Shown here in pieces: positions 1 through 9,120 of a DNA stretch of 64,000 bases. Source of the stretch: Lytechinus pictus (taxonomy: Eukaryota); NCBI RefSeq assembly GCF_037042905.1, contig NC_087245.1, forward strand, positions 42,286,001 to 42,350,000, in the 5' to 3' direction. Within the stretch, counting starts at the first letter, position 1; the number at the start of each line of letters is the position of its first letter. The position numbers were made by a program, and so were the translations under genes. A model generated the notes under the pieces. That model had not been told where the DNA came from and searched no databases. It worked only from the letters and a program-made list of their open reading frames with translations.

Positions 1-2786
1 TGTCGACCTTCTTTTTGTCTTGTTGGGTATCTATGCTCTATTACATCGCAATAATCTACTAAAGAGTGAGGTAAGTTATTATTACCCAGGTCATACATGA
101 AGGTACATATAGATAAATTGTGCATTTCAAATACATTTAGGATCTTTAAATTCTGAAATAATACACGTGTATGAGCTCGCCACTCACTGAATGTGATGGC
201 ACGTACTGCCATTTTTTGGGTGTAAAATATACAATTTAAGCTACTCTTGTAAGTACTCCCCCACACCTCGATTCCATAAGTTATGTGTGGCTCTATGAAT
301 GCCTTGTATAATAATACTAATGTATATTTTGGTACAAAATGTCGCAACCGAAATATAATTCCTACTCTTTTACGTATACATGAATTAACTATTCTAATAT
401 GGTTCTTCCAAGTTAGATGTTTATCTATTGTTATACCTACAAAAGTTGCTTCATTAACCTCTTCAATCTCCTCTCCGGCTATTTCCAATTTACCAGCTAG
501 TCTAATATTTTTCCTTCTGCTACCAATCAACATGAATTTCGTTTTCATAGAGTTGATAGTAAGCTTGTTTGCAACACACCATTCTTGTATTTTATTTATG
601 TTAATATTGACTTCATTTACATCAATTTCATCTTGTCCAGCTGGGAAGGTATGAAATAGATTAGAATCGTCTGCAAATAATCTGAAATTGAAATAATTAG
701 AAACAGATGGTAGATCGTTTATATACAGTAAAAATAATGTTGGTCCTAGAACCGAACCTTGAGGAACACTGCATGTGATTTCCATTTTCTTAGAGACTGT
801 CTCTTCATATTGAACAAACTGATATTTTCCTCTAAGATAGTCTTCGAACCATTTAAGCGGGAGACCGCGTATTCCATAGTGAGAGAGTTTGTCGATTAAG
901 ACATTATGATTGATCGTATCAAATGCTTTTTTGAAGTCAATGAATATCCCCAGTGTAGCTTTACTCTCATCAATTGCTTTTAAGAGAGTGTTGGACAAAT
1001 TTATTAATGACAACTTAGTACTGTACTTCTTACGAAAACCATACTGGTGGTGGTAAAAAGCATTGTTTGTTTCTAAAAACTGTACTAATCGCCCGTTTGC
1101 TACTTTTTCGAAAACCTTTCCGAGCACTGGCAAAACAGATATTGGTCTATAGTTTCCAGGTTCATCTTTTGGTCCCTTTTTGTGGATAGGCGTAACTTTT
1201 GCTATTTTCATTTCATCTGGTACCCTCCCACATTCTAAAGATAAATTAAAGATATATGCCAGGACACCTGAAATGTAAACAGCACTATCTCTTAACAATC
1301 GTGCTGGTAAATTATCATGACCACAAGCTTTCTTTCCATCTAGAGTTACAAGATGATTAAAAACCTCATCCTCAGTCACAGGTTTCCAAAATAAAGAATT
1401 GTTAACTCTTGCCCCTAAGTAACGTCTATGTGACACATTTTCATTTGGCAAAGTATCTGCTAGATTCGGACCAATATTTACAAAGTAGTTATTGAATTCA
1501 TTGACAATATCATTTATAGATGTAATGAGGTTATTGTCTCCATTGACCTTTTTGATAAGCCTGTCTACTTCAACAACCCTTGAATTTTTTTTCTTTCCAA
1601 CCAATAATTCATTAATGATTTCCCATGTCTTACTCGTGTTACATCGGTTTTCATATAGTAAATTGGTGTAATAAGTACGTTTTGCATTCTTTAAAATCGT
1701 AGTGAGCAAGTTTCTATATTTTTTATATTTCTTCACAATATCTTCATTGTAGTTTGTCTTTAGGACTTTTGCATATAACTTCTGTTTAACACGTATTGAT
1801 TTAATTATTCCTGTAGTTATCCAGACCTTCTTTTTAATATCTTTCTTTTTTCCAATTTGTTTAGTTTTCATAGGTGCATGTTTGTTACATATATATGAGA
1901 AAGACTTGCAAAACGTAGAGTATGCAATATTTACATCATGGCAGTTTAATACCTCTTCCCAGTTGAAGACAGAAAGGTCTTCTTTAAACTGTTCAATATT
2001 GAATTTTCTGTAGCATCGATAGGTAATTTTCTTTTGATTTGAACATAACTTGGCCATGTTCTTGAATACTACAAACACTGGAAAATGGTCAGAGATATCA
2101 GTATGTATGACCCCTGAATGAGTTTCAACAGTATCAACATTTGAATAAATGTGATCTATTAAAGTTGAAGAGTCCTTGGTTACTCTTGTCGGTGATTTTA
2201 TTAATTGTTCTAAACCCACACATTGTAGAGAAGAAGTGAAGTCATCAGCTATGTCTTCTATACTTAAAATATTCACATTAAAATCACCTAACAGTACACA
2301 CTTACGTTTATCTACTTTAATTGTTTGTAGTATATCTAACAGACTATCTTGGAATTCTTTTACATTTGTATTTGGTTTTCTATATATCACGGCTATGATT
2401 ATCTTTAGCTCATCAGTAATATTAACTTTTAACCACAGAGATTCTGCATGGGCAATGTCATAACTTAAGCGAGTATATTTCAAATTTGATTTAATATAGG
2501 TTCCGACTCCTCCTCCTCTCAAATCATCCTTGCGACCATCTACTTCAAGAGTATACCCTTGTAAATTTAAAACAGAGGTATTAGACGCATTCCAGACTTC
2601 TGATAAGCCAATTATATCAAATTTAGTATTCATACTATCTTCATACAACAGTCTAAGGTTATCAATATTTTTCACTAAAGAGCGTATATTTATGTGGGTT
2701 AATTTCAAAGATAGGGATGTCTCAAAATTTAGGACTTTGTCAATATTACATGGTAATAACTCGTAAGAAATATTTGTATCATCCAT
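1..2786 (-). CDS. LINE ORF2: AP endonuclease + reverse transcriptase (3'-partial, >=928 codons)
   Basis: Manual translation from ATG 2786 gives MDDTNISYELL...THINIRSL...DIIGLSEVW (APE) and, in the same frame, VPQGSVLGPTLFLLYINDL...RLFADD (RT; FADD at 677-666) and HRYPTR near the edge. It is absent from the ORF track, consistent with no stop codon before the window edge. Confidence 0.93.
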   Translation of the reverse strand, partial: MDDTNISYELLPCNIDKVLNFETSLSLKLTHINIRSLVKNIDNLRLLYEDSMNTKFDIIGLSEVWNASNTSVLNLQGYTLEVDGRKDDLRGGGVGTYIKSNLKYTRLSYDIAHAESLWLKVNITDELKIIIAVIYRKPNTNVKEFQDSLLDILQTIKVDKRKCVLLGDFNVNILSIEDIADDFTSSLQCVGLEQLIKSPTRVTKDSSTLIDHIYSNVDTVETHSGVIHTDISDHFPVFVVFKNMAKLCSNQKKITYRCYRKFNIEQFKEDLSVFNWEEVLNCHDVNIAYSTFCKSFSYICNKHAPMKTKQIGKKKDIKKKVWITTGIIKSIRVKQKLYAKVLKTNYNEDIVKKYKKYRNLLTTILKNAKRTYYTNLLYENRCNTSKTWEIINELLVGKKKNSRVVEVDRLIKKVNGDNNLITSINDIVNEFNNYFVNIGPNLADTLPNENVSHRRYLGARVNNSLFWKPVTEDEVFNHLVTLDGKKACGHDNLPARLLRDSAVYISGVLAYIFNLSLECGRVPDEMKIAKVTPIHKKGPKDEPGNYRPISVLPVLGKVFEKVANGRLVQFLETNNAFYHHQYGFRKKYSTKLSLINLSNTLLKAIDESKATLGIFIDFKKAFDTINHNVLIDKLSHYGIRGLPLKWFEDYLRGKYQFVQYEETVSKKMEITCSVPQGSVLGPTLFLLYINDLPSVSNYFNFRLFADDSNLFHTFPAGQDEIDVNEVNININKIQEWCVANKLTINSMKTKFMLIGSRRKNIRLAGKLEIAGEEIEEVNEATFVGITIDKHLTWKNHIRIVNSCIRKRVGIIFRLRHFVPKYTLVLLYKAFIEPHITYGIEVWGSTYKSSLNCIFYTQKMAVRAITFSEWRAHTRVLFQNLKILNVFEMHNLSICTFMYDLGNNNLPHSLVDYCDVIEHRYPTRQKEGR

Positions 2787-2838
2787 TATTCATATTTATC
2801 AGACATATTTATCAGACATATGCAGGCTAGTCAAGTTA

Positions 2839-3747
2839 TTACTCCATATAATGTAGCTTGAAGTTTTGGTAGTTGATAGTGTCCAAGCCAATATCGAAGA
2901 GATCGTCCGGAGAAGCGATCGTCTTGTAACTGTCATCCGTGAGCTTACATACAATGTTCCCGTTTTGCGTACTCACTCTCTTCACAAGAGGACTTGCTTT
3001 TGCTGTCTTTAGGACAGCAAATCTCATGGGGGTAATATCCTCATTGATGTATACACCATCCATGCTGCTATCCCCTTTCAGTTTGAAACGGCCAGCATGG
3101 ATGGCATCTCTCTTGCTCCTTGACACAAGGCGAACCAGAATCTGCCTCACCTTCCCTTCTGATTTTCTCCCTATGCGATGGCAGGTAGAAAGGTCCTCTT
3201 TCTTGATGGTTACTCCAACTTTAGCTGCACATTGAATAACTTTGCTCTTAAGCTTCTCCTCACTTTCCTCCTTTTTTGCACCTTGCTCACTCTCCTCTTC
3301 TGTCTCCTCTTCCTCCTTCACACCTGTGATGCGGAGATTGTCCCGCCTCAGCTGTTGTGCCAGCTCATCCTGCTTGTACTGTAGGCGAAGGAGGTGGGGG
3401 TTGACCTCCTCCTTCACTGCTGAGAGGCAGACATCCTTCACTGCCATGATGATTGCAGGAATGGCTGCCTCAACGGCTGCTCTAACAGCCGAAGTTAGGA
3501 GATCTGCAAACTTTCCTCTTTCTCCCTCTTTGATATCTTGGAGATGGTCATCAATGTTGAAATTGACAAAAAGCCCCTTTCCCTTCTCTGCCTCATCCAC
3601 TGCAGCTGCCATTCCTCTTCTGGTCAGGACCTTGCTGTTAATCTCAGGGTCATCTATAAATGGCCGTCTGGGGGATGGTTGCTGTTTAGGCGTTGTGGTT
3701 TTAGGGAGAAAATTCCCAGCATTCCTTTTGGACTTCCTGCTAGCCAT
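2839..3747 (-). CDS. LINE ORF1 (coiled coil + RRM-like, L1 ORF1/Transposase_22-type), about 302 aa
   Basis: ORF-track 2839..3978. Motifs ELAQQLRRDNLRITGV, CHRIG, RQILVRL and VYINEDIT are typical of L1-type ORF1p. Likely start is MASRKSK (ATG 3747); an upstream in-frame ATG at 3915 is an alternative. Confidence 0.85.
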   Translation of the reverse strand: MASRKSKRNAGNFLPKTTTPKQQPSPRRPFIDDPEINSKVLTRRGMAAAVDEAEKGKGLFVNFNIDDHLQDIKEGERGKFADLLTSAVRAAVEAAIPAIIMAVKDVCLSAVKEEVNPHLLRLQYKQDELAQQLRRDNLRITGVKEEEETEEESEQGAKKEESEEKLKSKVIQCAAKVGVTIKKEDLSTCHRIGRKSEGKVRQILVRLVSRSKRDAIHAGRFKLKGDSSMDGVYINEDITPMRFAVLKTAKASPLVKRVSTQNGNIVCKLTDDSYKTIASPDDLFDIGLDTINYQNFKLHYME

Positions 3748-4622
3748 ATTGCTTAAAATCCAGGCAATGTACTGGTAGAAAAAGAGATGACACACACAAA
3801 ACTCCACAGGTGGGACAAGAGTTAAGAAATGGCAAATATAAGCTGAGATTACTGTCAATTCATTCACTGATTTTAAAGCCAGTGATGACAGTATCCAATA
3901 TCCGATCGAATTCATGGTCTCGAAGTTCGGGTAGGTGGAGCGTAGTGTAGCGGTAGTGAAGTGGAGTGGAGCCTGCACGAACTTCGCTCGAGGTAATTTC
4001 TAGCCAGGCCTAACTCAAAACTATTAAAATTGAATATCACTGAGTTTTTATTTTTGTCTTGTGACAATGACAAATGAGATTTCAAGTTCAGGGTTGACCT
4101 ATTGAAAATAATTATATTGGTGTTGGCATAACACCAAACATAAAGTGAAGATGGTCCTGAAAACTCGTTGATGAGATGTGAATAATGTGATCTGGATCAG
4201 TTTTACAAACTCAGAATAGCTATAGGTTAGGGCCTTAATTTTTTAACTTAGGGAAGCAATCCGAATTCCAATGCCAACACCGGACTTGAAATCACCCAAT
4301 GTCAATGTGTCGTGCTTGTGGTATGATATTGTGCAGCATGTAGTATAGATCTATAATAAATGGGACAGATTTGAAAAGTCTATAAAATTTTTGTTTCAAA
4401 TTATGATGTCTATATTTTAGTGTTAATAGGAGCTCTGAAGTCTTATCTTTCAAATGCCATTAAAATAATTAGTTTTGTTCATGCTTGAGTGAACACGGAA
4501 TGTTTTTGTCTGGGGTTAAAAAGGAGGCTTGTGCCAAAGTGGCATAAAATGATAAATATGATGATCGGACTTTTTGCTAATCAGCAGACTTCCTCTTAAC
4601 CTTTTCATTATCTTTGCCATAA

Positions 4623-5385
4623 TTTTTGTCTCACCTGCATAGCAGAGTGAGACTATAGGCGCCGCTTTTCCGACGGCGGCGGCGGCGGCGTCAACACCAA
4701 ATCTTAACCTGAGGTTAAGTTTTTTAAATGACAGCATAACTTAGAAAGTATATGGACCTAGTTCATGAAACTTGGCCATAAGGTTAATCAAGTATCACTG
4801 AACATCCTGCATGAGTTTCACATCACATGACCAAGGTCAAAGGTCATTTAGGGTCAATGAACTTTGGCCGAATTGGGGGTATCTGTTGAATTACCATCAT
4901 AACTTTGAAAGTTTATGGATCTGATTCATGAAACTTGGACATAATAGTAATCAAGTATTACTGAACATCCTGTGCAAGTTTCAGGTCACATGATCAAGGT
5001 CAAAGGTCATTTAGGGTCAATGAACTTTGGCCAAATTGGGGTATTTGTTGAATTACAGCCATAAATTTGAAAGTGTGTTGGTCTAGTTCATAAAACTTGG
5101 ACATAATAGTAATCAAGTATCACTGAACATCCTGTGCGAGTTTCAGGTCACATGATCAAGGTCAAAGGTCATGTAAGGTCAAAGAACTTTGGCCACGTTG
5201 GGGGTATTTGTTGAATTGCCATCATATCTCTATAAGTGTATTGGTCTAGTTCATAAAACGTGGAAATAAGAGTAACCAAGTATCACTGAACATCTTGTGC
5301 GAGTTATAGTAGTTTTCAAAATCAGCACTGCTGCTATATTGAATCGCGTGATGCAGGTGAGACGGCCAGAGGCATTCCACTTGTT
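4623..5385 (+). mobile_element. Helentron-associated (HINE/DINE-1-like) non-autonomous element, copy 1
   Basis: 13-bp subterminal IR gtctcacctgcat (4628-4640) / atgcaggtgagac (5351-5363), 5' hairpin, (GGC)n microsatellite, about 3.5 tandem ~162-bp core repeats, and T-rich flanks without an obvious TSD. Confidence 0.8.
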
Positions 5386-5493
5386 GAATTATGCGGTCAA
5401 AATTCATGTTCAAATCTGTAAATTTGCTTGAATTGTTCTGTTCCTGTTACTTTTTACTATGTTTTCTTTTAGCTTTGAATATTCCTTCTTTAA

Positions 5494-6076
5494 AGGAGAA
5501 TGAAACTCTTGGAGCAAGTTAGCTTTTGTGAAAGCAGAAAAATCAAAGAATAAGATCAACAAAACTTTGAGTAAAATAGGACTAGCAATAAAAGAGTTAT
5601 GAGCATTTGAATGTCGAGATCACTAATGCTATGGAGATCCTCCCATTGGCAATGCGACCAAGATCTGTGATGTCACACACGTACAACTCTCTCATTTGGA
5701 CACTGAAAATATACCCCAAAACATCTCTTTTTGCTCATTCTAATCATATGACAAACGATTCATCAATGATATAATGTTGTGAAACCTCTGTACTTGTCAT
5801 CTCATAAAGAGAACACCTCACCTTGTGATAGACTCTATAAAAGTGAGAATATAATTGAAATAAGTACTAAAGTAATGAGGGAGTTGTACGTGTGTGATAT
5901 CACAGATCTTGGTCGCATTGCCGTTAGGAGGATCTACATGGCACTAGTGATCTCAATATTCGAATGCTCATAACTTTCTTATTATTCATCCAATCTTCCT
6001 CAAACTTTCAACAATATGTTTCTTTGATTTTTCTCTTTGATATGGATTCAGCTGGTTTCAAGGGTTTCATTCTCCT
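5494..6076 (+). mobile_element. Kolobok-like MITE family A, copy 1
   Basis: TTAA on both sides, TIR AGGAGAATGAAAC/GTTTCATTCTCCT, internally palindromic; four near-identical copies in the window. Confidence 0.9.
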
Positions 6077-8769
6077 TTAAGCAAAAACAAAAAAATTTCA
6101 ACCGAAGTATGGAAGAGCGTGTATTTTTTGCAAAACCTTTCATTGTGTGCTACAAAGGTTATGGTGCCTTTGAAAAGTGGCACGCAGATGGGCGGGGGCT
6201 CAGGGTGCTTCCCCCCCTTTAGAAAAAATAAAGTGGAAAAGAAATAAAAGGAAAGACAAAAAGTGAACTATGATTTATTTTCTGAACATTATGTCAAATT
6301 CTATCACAAAATTTGATATTTTAATAAAAAGAGTGGAAATTTTTGCTTGCTCGCTTCGCTCGCTCACAATTTTTGATACATTTTATCCGATCTGCCATAT
6401 CTAGCTCCTTCAATATTGACTCAATACATCATTGCTATTGAAAGACATGAATCCTTTCCTGTTTGTCCTGTCAAGCACATAATTAAACTTGGTCAAGGAA
6501 TCAATAACCCCCTGAAAATAGGATTCATGTTTTTTTAAGGTACCATAACATAATTCGTTTCACATAATAAAATGATTTGAATAATTACAAGTTTTCCCAA
6601 TTAATAATGCAAATCTTCTTGCTTGTGTTGACAAAAAGTCTTCTTTTCTTACTTATGAAGGAAAATTCAAAGGTAAAAGAAGTTTAAATGAAAAAACTAA
6701 ATAATTCAAGTAAATAAATAAATTTGTAAATGAAATTTGACAGCATAATTCGAAAATCGTGGCAAAGATAAGGAAAAGGTTAAGAGGGAGTCTGCTGATT
6801 AGCAAGAAGTCTGATCATCAAATTTCTAATTTCTGCCATTTTGGCGCAAGGCTCTTTTTGAACCCCCGACAAAAACATCCCGTGTTCGCTCAAGCATGAA
6901 CAAAATTAATTTTTTTAAATGGCATTTCAAAGATAAGATTTCAGAGCATCTATTAACATCAAAATATAGATGTCATAATTTGAAACAAATTTTTATAGAC
7001 TTTTCAAAACTGTCCTGTTTTTTTGGATATGCACTGTATAGTGAGTGATATTATCGACCAGCTGAATGCACGCACATACGCGTCAGAAAATGATTTAATC
7101 CGCTCAAAACTTTGCAACATCATTCCAATTGGAACTTGAATAGAAAGATGTTGAAAAATTGTCAAATTTCAAAAACACAAATTTTCAAAGACGAGGTCTT
7201 TATAATTATAGTACTATATAGAGAGTTCTATTCGGTAGCATTCTCATATTGTAAAAATACCTCATCAGTGATTTTTTGTTTTCTCAAGTTCTTCCATACT
7301 AGAAAACACACGTTCGGTTTATATACGATTCTGTACCATTTTCAAGTGACCATTTTGACCAAAATATTTCACATGGGAAGAGGGGTATTGGAAGGCAATG
7401 GAAGCTGATATCGTAAAAAAAGAAAAACGATTTCAGCACAATTTTTAGTATTTTGTATGTATTTGTGTATGGTCAAAGTTGGAGAATTTTATGAGAATAT
7501 TGTGTTTGATATGATTGAATTCATGAATACGATCCACTACCATACAATCTAACTTTTAAGTCTACATAATGTCTAGACTAGGTCCCTGACCATGTACATG
7601 TAGATCTATCCAGACCGGAATAAAAGATAGCCTTTTGATGATTGCTTTGGAAAAAAAAGTGGTACTTGGGTCTAACTTTAGGTCGTTCAAACTTAATATT
7701 TGATTGAAGATTTGCATGATGGTACAGATATTGTGGCAGAAGTTTACATTCATCAGGTGGTTAATAGTCCTGGAAAGGACTGTTGTATGGTGGAGAGAGA
7801 GAGATGAAAATTGAAAGGTGGAAAGATGAGAGTGGTAATTTTTCCTTAAAAGGACTAGGTCTACATCAGATGTACACCAATAACTTGGAGCAGAATAGTA
7901 AATGACTTAAATAAAAAGTCCTTGTAGTGATGAGTATATGAGTTGTGGAAAGTAGAGCAATGTGATCTGGCTTCTCATATGACATTATTTGTATCTTTAG
8001 TGTAAAGGAAATGTACACATACAAAAAAAAAGTGAATTTGAAAATTTGATCAAAATTTGAATTTACTGTAGGCCTATATTAAAGTAATGAGTTCACATAA
8101 AAGTTTCACTTAATTTTCACAAAACAGCATCCTATCGGTATGCAAATTTTTGGAAACAATGTCACCTACTATATTACTTTTGTATTATATGAAATGCTTT
8201 AATTTTTTTGCATTGTAATCAGAAACAAGTTTGGATTCCTCTTTGATAATGTGTGTGTTTGCTGTTGTTACAACCTTTTGTGATTCAATGAAGGTACATG
8301 TAGTATTGTCAAATCTGAAAAAATAAAGTATTAGTGAGTTTGTGACAACCTCGACTCTCACATTTCACTCATGTTGTGCATGCATTTAACTTTTTTTTTT
8401 AATTAAAAAAAATGTCATACTCATACCTTTTTTTTACACTACTACATGTAGATTTTGCTGAAATTTTCAGCAATATGCATGTTTGATTCATCCAGTCTGG
8501 CACATTGCATATTTATAACTGTTTGTGAAAAATAAACTCAAGTTTTAATACCTGTCTTATTTTACATCACATTTCTATGAAATTTTATTCCTTTTTTATT
8601 AAAAATTAACTTTTGTTGGGATGTGATTCCCTTAACCTTTTCGTTGAACTACAATAGAGTAGGTTGCAACAATGGCATTTCAAAATTTAAGTAAGTTTGT
8701 TTCAAATAGATTATCAGATTGTCATTGATATGTGCCCTCCACTGGTAGTAGATGTACAAAACTAAAGAA

Positions 8770-9120
8770 ATACCCATTAAGGACAGAGATAGAGAAGTGA
8801 GAAGCAGATGAAATGAAAATAGGGGGCAAATGAAAGTAAACTGTAAGAGAGAATAGAAGAGACAATGCTGCAAAAAAAATGAGAAAGAGAAGGGTAGAGA
8901 GAGAAATTGAAGTACAAATGAGGCACAGTGAGAAGAGAAAACTGAGAGAAGATAGAAATAGAATGAAGGAGACAGAGAAATTGAGCTGAAAAAAAGAATA
9001 AAACATTACAAGTTAAAGCAGGTACACAATTGCACATTAAAAAGCAGTTGTATAATCTGAAAGAATAAAAAACAGGCTTTGTGATGCATTTAACAGGAAG
9101 AGACAGAGGCAAGAATGGGC
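8770..9120 (+). repeat. GA-rich low-complexity tract
   Basis: Purine-rich plus strand; produces spurious F/L/S-rich minus-strand ORFs. Confidence 0.7.

Larger units (their letters stand above)
1..3990 (-). mobile_element. Non-LTR retrotransposon (LINE; CR1/L2/Crack-like RT with L1-type ORF1), apparently intact; 3' end lies outside the window
   Basis: Two tandem minus-strand ORFs: ORF1, then APE+RT ORF2. The 5' boundary is approximate (about +/-100 bp). The TSD cannot be checked because the 3' end is off-window. The clade call is tentative. Confidence 0.93.
4340..7036. mobile_element. Old non-autonomous Tc1/mariner-like element with long (>300 bp) inverted arms, host to nested insertions
   Basis: 4360-4625 plus 5385-5430 is the imperfect reverse complement of 6725-7020. 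The right end reads ...gcactg|TA; the left terminus is degraded. Confidence 0.7.

Noticed and set aside
283..3778. Plus-strand ORFs overlapping the LINE
   Set aside because: Antisense shadows of ORF1/ORF2 with no recognisable motifs.
3748..3978. N-terminal extension of ORF1 in the ORF track
   Set aside because: Starts at a non-ATG codon under prokaryotic-style rules; probably 5' UTR, although the ATG at 3915 is not excluded.
4740..5300. Repeat array as a CRISPR-like locus
   Set aside because: Units are contiguous ~162-bp tandem repeats without unique spacers; eukaryotic context with no cas genes.
5779..5973. Repeated 64-aa [16 protein letters not shown]... (four copies) as a small gene family
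   Set aside because: Lies inside the Kolobok-like MITE and has a GTG start; its conservation reflects recent copying, not coding selection.
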